Shown piece by piece: positions 1-12,885 of a stretch of DNA of 64,000 nt. The DNA comes from Prorocentrum cordatum. Lineage: Eukaryota. A program made the position numbers and the translations under genes. Positions within the stretch are counted from its first letter, which is position 1. Every line of letters starts with the position of its first letter. The stretch lies in NCBI GenBank assembly GCA_963575745.1, contig CAUYUJ010000159.1:372001-436000 (forward strand). The letters run 5' to 3'. The notes beneath the pieces are model-generated. The model ran no database searches, had not been told where the DNA came from, and saw only the letters and a program-made list of their open reading frames with translations.

Positions 1-897
1 CGGCCCTCGAGAAGACGATCGCAGATGCGCTCCGCGCGGGCCAGGGCACCGAGCCAACGGCTGACAAGCTGAGGTTCACCCGCGCTCCATGGGCGGCAGC
101 GCCCGATGCCCAGGCCGCTGCTGAGCCGAAGGCCGACGACACCGATGCAGATAAACGAGCCATCTATGCTGCACAGCTTGCCAGCTTTGAGGCCTCGCTC
201 AAGACACTACCTTCTGGAGGCGCTTGGGCAGACCTCCGCGCGCAGATCCAGGGCAAGATTGATCATATCAAGCTGCTGCAACAAGGGCTACGACCTCCAA
301 CTGTCGCACACCGTCGCGCGGCGCAGGACCTACAGAAAGCCAGGCAAGCACAGATTCGCATTGAAAAAGAGATCACAGAGAAAGAGGAGCAGCTCGCAAA
401 GCTGCGCGAGAGTCTCGAAAGCAAAAAGCACTGCTCTCGAGGCAAAGAAACAGGATACCATTGCCTTGCAGCGCGAGCTCGATTCCACCGCATCGGCTGT
501 CGGTGGCAAGTCCCCAGGCGCAGCTTCAAGTTTCTCTCCAGATGCGTTTGATGTCAAGGCTGAAGAAGTTGATGATCAGGACCTTCAGGCATTCCTCCAG
601 TCGCCGCTTTGGGGCAAACTCCGCGAGGCGTCGGCTGCGAATACCCCCGCCAAGTCTGAGCCCATGGAGACTGAGGATGCCCAGCCTGGTCCTGCCACTG
701 ATCCTGGTAGCCATGTTCGCGCACCTGCTGACCAGCCAGCCGACGGTCCAGTCGACGGACGTGGAGTCAAGCGAGGTATCGATGAGTTGGGCGAGGATGA
801 GCTGCGGCAGCTTTTCGGATTGGCCAAAGACGGAGGTCACCAAGCCAGTTTTGTCGAGAAGTGCCGCGAGCTTGGAAAGAAGCCCAAGTATTCCTAG
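1..897 (+). pseudogene. LINE ORF1 remnant (coiled-coil region, frameshifted)
   Basis: Charged heptad-like segments (QKARQAQIRIEKEITEKEEQLAKLRESL in one frame; ALEAKKQDTIALQRELD in ORF 106-897). Stop at 895-897, 77 nt before the ORF2 ATG. Confidence 0.55.
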
Positions 898-974
898 TAC
901 GTTGCTTGTCTCTGGTGCCCGCCTGCTCGGTAAATTGGCCCGCAGGCCGCCCGCGGCCAAGGAGCAGGGTACAA

Positions 975-3900
975 TGTTCATAGCGACTTCCAATGCTAGC
1001 GGGGGCCGTGCCACGCTCAAGTCTCGCCTCGCACAGAGCACAGCGATGATACTGGTGTGCCAGGAGGTAGGTGTCGTACCCGACACGCTGGAGCAACTTT
1101 ACAGTTGGGCGGCCAACCGCGGGTGGAAGACGGCTGCCATACCTGCGAACCCAAGTGAAGAATCGATTATGTCCAGTGGTGTAGCCGTGTTTGTTCGCGA
1201 CGATCTTGGGCTCAAGCATCCACCCGATGGTCAATTGGTTTGTGAGCATCGGCTACAACGTGTCCTTGTTGACTTACCTGGGTGGTCTGGGCTCACGTTG
1301 CTAAACGGAGATCTGCGTGACTCTATCGGTGCCACGGGCATCAACGCTGACATTATTGCGGCTGCTGGGAAGATATAAGCGAGGACGGCGACGCCCAACA
1401 TCATCGGAGGCGACTGGAATATGACGGCTCGCGACCTCGAGGATTCTGAGTTTCCAAGGTTGGCGAAAGTCACGCTCGCGGTGCACGACCAGGTCACGTT
1501 CAGCGGCGGAACTGGTTCGTCTACTATAGATATTTTTGGGCTTGACGACGCCGCTATACGAGGGTACCGAGGCGCCAGGGCAGCCATGACATGGCACAGG
1601 AAAGCTCATAGACCTGTTCAGTTAAAGATGGTTGATACTGTTATGGCAAACAACACTACGTATACTCAGACACACAGAAGTTACCGTCGGTGGCCCCGCC
1701 AGGTCAAATGACACGCCCCGTTGATTGGTCTGTACACGCTGCTCTTGCTCAGCACGCAGTTGCCCTCGCTCAAGATGGTACAACTGGCCCCGCTGTTGTG
1801 TGGGCTCGCACCGCGCGTGTCTACGGTAAGTTCGCAGCGTCCGTGGCAACACATGTTGCAGCACACGGGAGTCGAGCTGGAGCAGGCTGGCGCTTGTGGG
1901 CGAAATCTGCAGCCGAGGCGGGTCAGCGCCACTTACCCTGCCAGCGTTGAAAGTGATTTTCAAAGCATTGCGCGAGGATGGAAGTGGCTTCAGGAGGCGC
2001 TGATATCTATTCTACAGTTGTACTCGAAAGATGGTATGTTGGCGCAGTGCCATGAGGAGATATCTAATTTCATGGTCTCAACTCATTCTGGTCAGGGCCT
2101 CAGCGGCAGGCTCGACGCGACGGCCGAGCAAGCCAGGGATGAGGTCAATACCATACCGATGGGTACCGAGCGGCTGCAGACTTTCTTGGATGAGATCGCC
2201 GACGATGTCGCGCTCGCAGCCAAGAGCCCGGAAAAATACTCGAACGACAGATAGGCAGATAGGTGCCAGTTGGCAGGCAACGGGGGTGCGCGTGCGTTAC
2301 ACAGGACGACCCGAATTATATATATATATATGTATCTATATATATATATATATTCCTGCCCCGGCGGTGGTGCTCGGGATCCAGTCTGGCGGCTCCGTGA
2401 CCATAGTCCAGCAGGAAGTGGAGCTTTACCGACGTTTGCGGCGCGGCGCGCCGCAGACAAGGCTCCAGAGGCTTGGATCCCCGACAGAACTTCGCGCCCG
2501 AGGTCAACGCCAGATCAGATCCGCAGCGCGGCGAAGAGTTTCCCTGCTGGTACCGCGGCCTCCTTCGACAACTGCCACCCGCGGCGCCTCGCGATGAAGG
2601 GCGACGACGGCGTGGAAGTTTTGGCGCCCAAGTTCCAGGCCTCAGAATGTATCGGAGTTCTCCCGCGCCAAGTTTGTTAGATTCAGGTGCCGATGCTGAG
2701 CGGGCCAAGCGGAGACAACAGGTTGATAGTTCTTTACGCCGGAACCTACAGGGTCCGGCAGCGAGCTCGTCGCCCATGCGCCAAGATCATGAACGACGCC
2801 TTGGATCGGAAGTACTGGGGAGCCAGCAAAGGCAGGTCTGCCACAGACTGCGCATGGGCGCTCGCGGCCAGGACCGAGTTTGACCAGATTTCTCACAAAC
2901 ACGGAGCTGTCAATGTCGTTGACTATTCCAAGTACCATGAGCCGATCCCGTTGCTGGCGCTCAGGCACAAGTTTCTTCGCCACGGTGCGCCGACCTGTTG
3001 GCCCAAGCTGGTGGCGAACATGCGGGCGAGCCCGAGAGTCGCGCGCCTTGGGCGGCACCGCGCCGAGGAAGTGCTTTTCGCCGAGTTCGGGATGCCAGCG
3101 GGTGACGCCTACATCGACATAGGCATCAAAGTACGCTCAGTCGACCAGCGCGATATGAGGTTGCTCAAAAGCCCCACGATAGATTTTCAGAACTACATAG
3201 ACGACAGCGCCGCGCACACCTCTGCAAGTGATTTTGGCATCGCCAAGGGAGTTGCTGTCGAAGCAGCCAGGGAGTTCATGGCAGCCTGTCAGAAGCTCAA
3301 TGCTGGCTTGAACCAGGACAAGATTGCCATCCTCGCAACGCCTGGCTCTCTGGCTTATGCTGTGCGCGACGAGCTCGGGTTCTCCAGAGGCGTCTGCAAG
3401 TCGCCCGTCCCCCACCTCGGAGTCGATCAAACTGCCGGACGACAACGCCGTGAGAAACAGGCCGGGGCGAAACAAAAGAAACGTCTCACTGAAAGGGCCA
3501 GACGAATTCGCAAGGCCCGAACCCTCCGCGAGCGTTTCAAGTGCCCTGAAGGGACCCCCTTCAAGAAAGTGCACAAACAAGGGGTCGTTCCCGCTAGTAG
3601 TTTTGGGGTTGAGGCCTTGGGGTCAGTGCTGCGGAGTGGCTCAGCCACCAAAGATTAGTTGCTAAATGCGATGCCCCGTCCGCTGCAGGCGCCCCCCTGC
3701 GCGCCAAGGTTGTTTAAGACGTAGATGGCAGCGCTAGGCTCGCCTTGGCGCCCGCGATCCAGCGGTGTAGGATGTGCTAAAATGCTGCGGCTCGCCCAGG
3801 GCTCTCTCTTATAAGTATGCCCGAACTTGCGAGGCTTTCGGGGCTTTCGAGGCCGTCAGAGTGCACGGATTGGCGCCAATCCAGAGGCCCACTTGCTAGA

Positions 3901-5350
3901 GCCGCGCCGCGTCTCGGCCGCGCTGGTTGGCGAGCGGAAGGGCCTTTGATATGGGTCGACCATAATGAGATGCACGTAGACATCGCCTCGACACCGCGGG
4001 CGCAGCTTGCCGACATGCTAGAGCTCGGAGTTCACGGGCGGAGAGAGCTCAGGTTTGCTCAAAAGTTGGGTTTCCCAGCAGGCACGCGAACAACCTTAAA
4101 CCTGATTCGAGGCCGAGTTGGGACTAACACCCGCAAGTTTTCCAAATACCAGACATATTTGATCAAGAGAGCTGCCTGCCAAGCATTGTGGACCAATGAT
4201 CGCGCCGAGAGGGCGGGGCACTTGCGCGACGGGGTTTGTGCCTGTGGGAGAAGGGGCGCATTCCACCACAGGTTGTACTTGCGCCAGCTAGAGGGTGAAT
4301 TCAAAAAGCCGAGGCCCCCCATGAATTCCTGGACGTCTCCAGGGGCAGCCCCGAAGAGCCCATTTTTACCAATGGAGTTTTCACATATCAGGACAGCGAG
4401 GTGCCAAACCCTTCCGCGTCGACTGAGTGCGAGGTGTTAGATGGCAGCGGCAAACCACTGGACATGGAACCTGATCAAATTGCATCTCTCACTGCTGCTG
4501 CGCCTCTCCGTCTAGCTTCTGACGGATCTTGTAGCAGGCAGTTGTTGCGACCGCTGCGCAGAGCCGCCCGGGCAATAGCAGCGTGCCCAGACGCTGGCGA
4601 TGAAACCGTTGCTGTTATGCGCGGGATAGTCCCATGTCAGATCCCTCAGGCTCTTGCGATGGCTGAACACGTTGCCATCGCTCTGCGTGGTCAAGTGGCG
4701 ACTCGGGAAGCTCATTTCGCATCAGATTGCTCGGCAGCAGTGAGAGCCTGTCAGCAGCAGGTCTCGCGCCAAGTCAGCGTTTCTAGCGCATCAGACAATT
4801 CGCCCTCCAGCTGGAGGGGGCGCCCTTCATGCAGTCTGCTCTGCATGTCAAAGCGCACCGCTCCGAAGGAGTCCTTGGCGATTTGGAGGGCACTGAGCGA
4901 ATCTATGCATATGCGAACTCGGCGGTGGGTAAGCAGGCGAAAGTGGCCCTAGATAGCCACCCGAGTCCGACGCCCAAATTTCTAGCTGATTTGGACGTGG
5001 CGGCCCAACGGGCCTCGTGTTTCATGAAAGTTGCTGCGGAGGTCCTGCCCCTTTTCCAGAATGATGTTCGGTGGAAGCGCCCGCCAAATACATCTGCGTC
5101 GAGACTTAGGCATCCTGGCGCGATTGGCAGCTCGGCGAGTTAGGCGTACAGTGCAGATGTTGCCTGGCTCTGGCCGAAGGCCCACGCGAGCAGCTGCAAA
5201 CGAACGGCTGCCCAGGCGTGCCGAAGGTGATTGACAAATTGCTCTCCGATCCCAATGGACATCGCCTCGTCGCCTGGGCTGGATCGATGGCTCGAGACGC
5301 TGTTGGTGTTGCCTCGTCGTCGTCGTGTCGCCCTGTGTCCTGAGAGCATA
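975..5350 (+). pseudogene. LINE ORF2 pseudogene (APE-RT-RNase H)
   Basis: Motifs listed for the element are split over ORFs 461-1378, 1421-1711, 2687-3658, 3817-4440, 4401-4952 and 4829-5143. Confidence 0.8.
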
Positions 5351-5816
5351 ACATAGTTTGTTTGAATTGTGGAGGGTGGTCCCAATGACGAGCTCGCAAG
5401 CTCGGCCGTAGTTGCGAGCAGCCGACGAGAAAGGGCCTCGAGGTCCCCGGGAGGTTCCGCCAAGGCAAATGCCCCAATCGCCGTGTGCATGCGATGCTTG
5501 ACAAGACTGTGCCTCTCTTGAGGCTGGCGGAGTTGCCTGCTGACCCGAGGACCTCGAGCGCCCCCTCCGATGTTCGGACTCGGTTTTCGGCCTCGGATTC
5601 GGCCCCCCTCCCATGAGCAACGTAGGTCGGCACTCGTTGAACGAATCCGACTCAAAGAACAAGGTGCTACTGCTCGTTCCCGGGGGTAACTTAAGTCTGG
5701 GCCTCCAGAGTAGGCCGTTTCGGCCCAACTCCAGGGCGACCCTTCCCCACTATTGATTCTTTGGTTTTTAGCGCCGTGCACTTCCCCCATGGGCATTCCA
5801 TTCCATCACGTCCCTG

Positions 5817-5858
5817 TCCGTCGCCATTTTGGATAAAGTCCGTAGCCTTTCGCTCAGG
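5817..5858 (+). other. Two tandem dinoflagellate spliced-leader relics
   Basis: TCCGTCGCCATTTTGGATAAAG (5817-5838, 19/22 to DinoSL) is directly followed by the more decayed TCCGTAGCCTTTCGCTCAGG (5839-5858). Confidence 0.75.
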
Positions 5859-5989
5859 TCTTGACATTTCGGCGTGGCAGAGGAGCGGTCCCCGACTGCT
5901 CGTGTCTCGAACGTGCCAGCCCTGGCGCGAAACCCCTTTCTTTGTGCACGCGTCCGGGTATTGTAAGCGGGGTGCCCGCCTGCCTCCAG

Positions 5990-6900
5990 CACAATTTCGT
6001 GTTTGGTCATTTTTACGAAGGCCCATGACACCTTCTTCTGCCGCGTCGGCCGATGGTCACAAGAAGAGGCGGCAAGCATGGGCCAAGCCGTGGTTCTGCA
6101 GGCAGTGCTGGTTTCATCAGGCAGGGGGCAGGTAGAAGAATCGCGCAGACCAGGGCACATGTTCGTTGTGCAAGCAACCGGCGTGGCGTCGACGGCGTTT
6201 GCAGACAACAAGGTTTCCGACAGTCCCTCGTTCTCGGCGGAAGAAGGTCGCGCCCAAGGCTGCACCCACGCTTACGGCAGAGCTCGAAACGCTGCGATAC
6301 GAGGTTGCTTCATTGCACAAGACGCTCTCAAACATGACCCTGAGGTCATGGATACGGGCGCCCATCAACAGATCTGTGACGCGGATGCCAGAAAGCAGCT
6401 TGGCACGGGCACGGAGAAACTACATACTGTCGCGGATATTGAGGGCAAGGAGTTCGATGAATTACGCGAAACTTCGGGCGAAACAACCACCCTCCGTGGT
6501 CAGATCACTCGCGGCAAGTCTCTGGACACGCGGCTCAACGAAATGCCTTTTCAACACACCAAGCTTGTGCGCAAGCAGGAGCGCCAGGCAGAGGCGGTCA
6601 CGGATATCAAGCAAGTTCTGGCTGAGGTGCAGAAGGCGGTGGACGTCGCGGAGAATGCGCTGCAAGCTACTGCGAATGAGATCGCCGACCTCGAGGCCGA
6701 GCGGTGCCAACTCGTGGCAGGTGCGCCGATGGCTCCGTCAGGTTCGGGGTCGGCATCAGCAGCAGGAGATGGGGGGCTCAGGCGTGTTACCGGCGAGGGT
6801 CTTACGACTGAGAAGTGCGGAGAGGTGTTCAGGAGTTTCGGCGGCAGTTCAGCGCTGGCGCAGAGGCTCCACGAGTGCTTGCCAGAGGCGAGTGTTCCTC
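5990..6900 (+). pseudogene. ORF1-like remnant of a probable second retroelement, truncated by (CCT)n
   Basis: PWFCRQCW CxxC motif followed by a coiled coil (KLVRKQERQAEAVTDIKQVLAEVQKAVDVAENALQATANEIADLEAER). Frameshifted; lies downstream of the SL relics. Confidence 0.45.
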
Positions 6901-9100
6901 CTCCTGCTCTCTCCGCCTCCTCCTCCTCCTCCTCCTCCTCCTCCTCCTCCTCCTCCTCCTCCTCCTCCTCCTCCTCCTCCTCCTCCTCCTCCTCCTCCTC
7001 CTCCTCCCTCCTCCTCCTCCTCCTCCTCCTCCTCCTCCTCCTCCACCCTCCTTCTCTTCCTCATCGTCCTCCCCTCATCCTCCTCCCCCACCTCCTCCTC
7101 CTCTTCATCCTCCATCTCCTCCTCTTCCTCCTCCTCTTCCTCACCCTCCTCCTCCTCGTCCTCCTTATCCTCCGCCTTCTCCGCCTCCTCCTGCTCCTCA
7201 AACGCCTCTTCCTCCTCCTGCTCCTCCTCCTCCTCCTCCTTTGCCTCCTCCTCCTCCTCCTCCTTCTCCTCCTCCTCCTCCTCCTCCTCCTCCTCCTCCT
7301 CTTGCTGCTACTGCTGCTGCTGGCTGCTGCTGCTGTCGTTGCTGCTGCTGCTGTTGCTGCTGCTGGTGCTGGTGCTCCTGCTGATGACCCTCCTCCTCCT
7401 CCTCCTCCTCCTCCTCCTCCTCCTCCTCTTCGTCGTCCTCCGCTGTTTCCTTCTTTTCTTCCACGACCTCGTCTTCGTCCTCCTCCTCCTCCTCCTTCTC
7501 CTGTGTATCCCCCCTCCTCCTCCACTTCCTCCTACGCGTCCTCCTCCTCCTCCTCGTCCTCCTCCTCGTCCTCCACTGAATCCTCCTCCTTATTCCCCCT
7601 CTTGGGGTACGACGGTTCCTCCAGCCTTCTGTTCCTCCGCATATTCGTCCACGTCCTTGACCAGGGCAACTCGAATGGGCATCATCGTTGGAGGGGCTGT
7701 CGTTCTCTGTCTCCTCCGGTTCCCCCTCCTCGTCCTCCTCCTCCTCCTCCTCCTCCTCCTCCACTTCTCCTCCTTCTCCTCCTCCTCCTCCTTGTCCCCC
7801 TCATCCGCCTATTATTCATCCATATTCCTCCCTCCTCCCACTCCTCCCTCCTCCTCCTCCTGCTCCTCCTGCTCCTCCTGCTCCTCCTGCTCCTCTCCTC
7901 CTCCTCGTCCTCCTCGTCCTCCTCCTCCACTGCCTCCTCCCCCTCCGCCCTCCTCCTCCTTTTTCCTCCTCGTCATTGTGCTTCTGCTCCTGTTCCTCCT
8001 CCTCCTCTCCTCCTCCGCCTCCTCTCCTCCTCCTCCCGCCTCCTCCTCCTCATCCTGTTCCTCCTCCTGCTGCTCCTCCTCCTCCATCTCCATCTCCATC
8101 TCCACTCTCCATCTCCATCTCCATCTCCATCTCCTCTCCATCTCCTCCTCCTCCTCCTCCTCCTCCTCCTCCTCCTCCTCCTCCCTCCTCCCTCCTCCTC
8201 CTCCTCCCTCCTCTTGCTGGTACTGAAGCTGCTGTCGTCGCTGTTGCTGCTGCTCCTGCTGCTCCTGCTGCTGCTCCTGTTGGTCGTCCGTTTCCTCTCT
8301 TCCTCTCCTCCTCCTCCTCTTCTTCGTCCTCCTCCTCCTCCTGTTCCTCCCTTCTTCTTCTTCGTCGTCCTCCTCGTCCTCCTCCTCCTCCTCCTCCACA
8401 GCCTCCTCCCCCTCCTCCTCCCCATCCTGCTCCTCCTCCTCCTCCTCCTCCTCCTCTCCTGCTCCTCCTCCTCCTCCTCCTCCTCCTCCTCCTCCTCCTC
8501 CTCCTCCTCCTCCTCCTCCTCCTCCTCCTCCTTTTCCTCTTTCTTCACCTCCGGATCCTCGTTCTTGGTCCCCCTCCTGGAGTACGACGGTTCCTCCAGC
8601 CTTTTGTTCCTCCGCATATTCGTCCACGTCCTTGGCCAGGGCAACTCGAATGAACATCGTCGTTGGAGGGGCTGCCGTTCTCTGTATCGTCGTTTTCCTC
8701 GTCCTCGTCCTCGTCCTCGTCCTCCTCTTCCTGCTCCTCCTCCTCCTCCTCCTCCTCCTCCCCCTCCTCCTCTTCCTGCTCCTCCTCCTCCTCCTCCTCC
8801 TCTTCCTCCTCCTCCTCTTACCTCCTCTCCACCTCCTCTTTGTCCTCCCCATCCGCCAATGTTTCATAATCCCCCCTCCCTCCTCCCAGTCCTCCTCCTC
8901 CTCCTCCTCCTCTTCCTCCTCATCCTCCTCCTCCTCCTCCTCCTCCTCCACATAATCATATTTATTCCACCTCCTCCTAATATGTGTCCTTCTGCGCCCT
9001 GTCCTCCCCCACGTCCACGTCGATCGAGGAATCCCTCCGGGTCCCCCCGTCATCGTCATCGTCGTCGTCACCATCATCAACATCATCATCATCAACATCA
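6895..9100. repeat. (CCT)n / (CTG)n / (CAT)n compound microsatellite
   Basis: Directly visible. It generates the spurious poly-S/L/P ORFs. Confidence 0.97.
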
Positions 9101-9469
9101 TGTGCAAGTTCCTCGGCATCTTCCGCCCTATATGATTAATCCTCGTCCTCGTGTTGTTTTTTCGATCAAACGATAACGGCTGCATCCCTCTTTGCTCCTA
9201 CAGTCCCTGGTTCACCTCTACTCGTCTGGGCGTCGTTTCTGGATGGGTTGGTGGGGCCATTTTTTGTTCGCGAGCGACACAAAACAACGGCGCGCCGTCA
9301 AGAAGCGAAGCAACAGCGCTACGATCTAAACTACGGCCTGCGATAAAACTGGCGGGGATACGCGAAACGTCAAGAATGGCCAAAACACCCTTGCCGAGGA
9401 GAAACTGGAAAACCGCCAGCGAAGCCTACTCCAATGGCCAGAGGATCTCCTAGAGACCCGAACATGGAG

Positions 9470-9557
9470 GCACTGACGCACTGACGCAGTTTGACGGTCA
9501 TGCTTGCGCACTGACGCAGTTTTGACGCAGTTTTGACGGTCATGCTTGCGCATTGAC
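9470..9557. repeat. Short tandem repeat (CTGACGCAGTTT(T)GACGGTCATGCTTGCGCA units)
   Basis: Two to three imperfect copies visible. Confidence 0.7.
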
Positions 9558-12500
9558 TACTCATGGCAGGTCGTTGCCATCGCCAAGATTTACCAACATG
9601 TGCTGATTGCCTTGGATCCGACACTCATCTCAACTCGTGAAATATTTTCCACAAGCAACCTGCGCCTGTCATTGTTTCCACCGGCGGTCATTCAGGCCGG
9701 GCGGGAAAAAAAAACACAAGTTGTTGCACCGATTCGGGGTCACGAAAGAGGAGGAGCAGGAGGAAGAGGAGGAGGAGGAAGAGGAATAATAATAGCATTG
9801 GCCGCGGAGGCCATCGCCCGAATGCTTGTCAGTCTGGGCGCCCGCATGACCACCACTCCACCACTCCAAATGATTTAGCATCAGCCATTTGGTTGGCGGG
9901 CGACATGGGTGCGGGCACATGGAGCACACAAACCCAAGGAATCATCAGTACCGAAACAATATCGCCACACCCTCGCCGAACAACCCCGGTCGCATCTTCA
10001 CGGGGCGGCCCATGATGATGGGAGTTGACCGCGTACGTGCACTGCTTGACGAACGCGTACGTGGCCTACCCGAAATAGGTAGGTGTCGGGGACGTCGCCA
10101 GTCGACGTGCCAGAACACGTCGAAAATCACGCGGCCCCCGCCCTCGTCTCGTGCTCGTTGGCCCCAGTTGGCAGCCGCCTCCCCCTCTGCCTGTGGTCGG
10201 GTATCGCCCTGCCAAAAAAAACAGATCCACTTTTTGGTCGGCGGGGCGAGAGCGAACCCCTTCCGCTAAAAGCTAGGCGGGCTACGCACAGCTCTAATTG
10301 GGGAGACAAAAAGTGGCAGATACACGCGAAGATCACGACCCACACATGCGTTGCCCTGATGTTTTCCATGCGCGCCCTCCGAAATCCCGACCCCTTTCCC
10401 CGCGCTGGTCATCCTCGACGGTTTCGGGGCATGGCGAGCCGCGATCATGTTTGAACTCGAAGATCGCGCGGTCCTTGCCCTCGTGATCCTTGGCCCCTGT
10501 GGGCCATCCATGAGGACAGCGCAGCCCGCCCATGCCCCAGCCAGGAGCACCACTCCCGACCTGGCGATCTGATCTGGGGGGTCCTGGCTGGGGGCGGGGG
10601 TGGTTTTGGGATGCTCTGGGGTTTTGCTTTTGCGCGGTAAGTGCACGCGAAGTGTACGCAATGAGGCTTCCTCACGTATGATGATGGCAGGCCGCTGCGT
10701 CAAACGTAGCTTTCGCAGCGCGTTTGGCGGACTACTTCCGGGTCGCGTTTGGCGCGCCGCCAAAACTGTTTACTCAATTCTCTGCATACGCGTCTTCAGG
10801 ATGCACGGGTTGCCTGTTTGGGGCCAGACAACCGACCGCACCCCGCACCCCCAGCAACTACCTCCCAAATCACCGGGTCGGGAATGGAGGTCCTGGATGC
10901 GGGTTTCGAAGGTTGTTCAGGGCGTCCCCGGCCAAGGTGCCTCCCATTTTTCGTTCAATTTTGGACGGGTGCTCTGGAGGCGGTGTGGGTCTCCGCGCAA
11001 GCGAAGGGTCGTCGGGCAAAGGCCGCGACCAGCGCGCGCAGGCGGGCCCGAAAATGGCCAAACCCCACCGCGCGCGCGGGCCGACCGGCGCCGCTCCAAG
11101 GAACAAAAACCCTCTGGCTGCTCACGGGCAGCATCGGGACACCTTCGGCCACAGGCACTTCTAGCAACACCAGCCGCCCTGGCCACGCCCTTGGCCTCCG
11201 CCGCGGTGCCCCGAGCCCAGCTTTGGCACCGCCGGCCGGCCCGGGCCCAGACCAGGCCCGGCGGCTGGGCGGGCGCATCGCGCAGGGCCCCGGAGTGGCC
11301 GCGGCACCGGGCGGCGCTCCATGGTCACAGCGCCGCAATCCGAGCGCGCGGGCGCGCGACGGGCGGCCTTGCAGGCTGCGGAAACGACTGCACGGGACAC
11401 GCTTCGCAAACGCAGCGGCGCCACCCACCGCCTGCGCAGCGTGGCCGCCACGTCCATATCTTTGGCTGGCAGCCGCGTCAGCAAGTAACCCACGTGGAAG
11501 CGGGGCGGAAGGAGGGAGAAGGCCGCTCTAGTGGCCCTGGCTGGCGCACCCCCTCGTCCGTTGGGACGGACACTGCTGAACGGGGCACCGTTCCTGGGTT
11601 GCGGGGGCTGCGCCGGCTCCCGATCAAAGTGCGCGGGCGGACGTGTCTGCATCGGGAGCGAGAAAAAGGGTCTTAGATTCGTCGACGCGTCGCCTGGGTC
11701 GGAAGGAAGGACGGAGGAAGGATGGAGGAGAAGGAGGGAACGAGGCAGGGAGGGAACGTGAAGGGTCGAGGAAGGAAGCAACGAGGAAAGGACTTAGGAA
11801 ATGGGAGGATGCAGACATGTGACGTCTTGCATTTTCGATACCGAGTCCCCTGAAGTCTCGACCATTTTTCCCCAAGGGCCAGCTTTTCGCCCTGAGCCAT
11901 TGTTTGACAGACCCGAGGCCCGGCGGCAGCCCTCAAAGGCCGAAAACGGCCAGACGCCTTGCGTCGTGATTGCTTCAAGGCGCGAAAATGTCTGGGGAGG
12001 GAGAAGGATGAGGAGGAGGAGGAGGAGGAGGAGGAGAAGGAGGAGGAGGAGGAGGAGGAATAATCGGAATCGGAACAATCGCGAAGCGATAATGGGGGGG
12101 TAACACCACATCCCTACTCTCCCTGAACTTCCTGAGCGCCGAGACAAGCCAGATACCGAAAAGTATTCAGCAGAGGCTGCCTCCAAAGCCCGCCTGCCTC
12201 GCGCCTTCGCCAACACTGGGCGCCGTAAGCAGAACACAGCTACATGCAACACCATGCTCGTACATGTGGGCATGTGGAAGTACAGGTGTGCAACAATTCA
12301 AGAAATGAGAAGAGTGCCAAGCTCTAATGAAACAGAAACGAGTCTTCGCCACTTATGCCGGCACTCCCTCTTCAAGACACGCTTTCACATCTGCGGGCAG
12401 TCCCCCTTGCCGCCGCTCGCCGCTGCTGGGATTGGGGCTGCCCCTGACGGTTCTGTACGTATGGCCGACCAATCGATAATCGGCCCCGTTGGCACTGCAG

Positions 12501-12885
12501 CTCTGAAACCGAGGACGAAGCAACACAAAATCACGGAGCGCATCGGCATCGCGAAGCAGCCGTGCCCATGTCTCACTGGCCTCCCATCGCTGGGTTCCGG
12601 CCCCGAGTCGAGCCCCATCGGCGGCGTGCTCGGGCGGCCTCGGCTCCTCGCCGGCGCCATCTGGTGGAGACAACTCTTCGGGCCATGCGCGCGAAACGTG
12701 CGCGCGAGCTCTCCGCCACGCGTTTCCTGGCCGACTGCACGCCGTGGCCGTGGCAACCTCGAGCTGGTCGACCGTCGCTGCTTGGTCGGCCCTGGTGGTC
12801 GACCGTCGCTGCTTGGTCGGCCCCGGCTGTGGCAAACAGCCCCGCAACGGCGCACATGGGGTCTTGATGATCAGTGCCCCTTTCG

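Larger units (their letters stand above)
1..5360 (+). mobile_element. Decayed non-LTR (LINE) retrotransposon: ORF1, then APE endonuclease, RT and RNase H; 5' end probably outside the window
   Basis: Domain motifs occur in LINE order across frameshifted frames. APE: MFIATSNA (975), LVCQE, SGVAVFVR, IIGGDWN (~1400). RT: VVDYSKYHEPI, GMPAGD, NYIDD (2687-3658). RNase H: ASDGSC, AMAEHVA, ASDCSA, HVKAH (4401-5143). Many stops and frameshifts, plus a (TA)n tract at ~2318-2352. Confidence 0.85.

Noticed and set aside
5385..5432. Possible hammerhead ribozyme (TGACGAG...GAAA)
   Set aside because: The CUGANGA core and the stem I/III pairing are missing.
6003..9185. 1057-aa, 686-aa and overlapping poly-S/L/P/E ORFs
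   Set aside because: They read through stop-free (CCT)n microsatellite; only the part before ~6900 looks protein-like.
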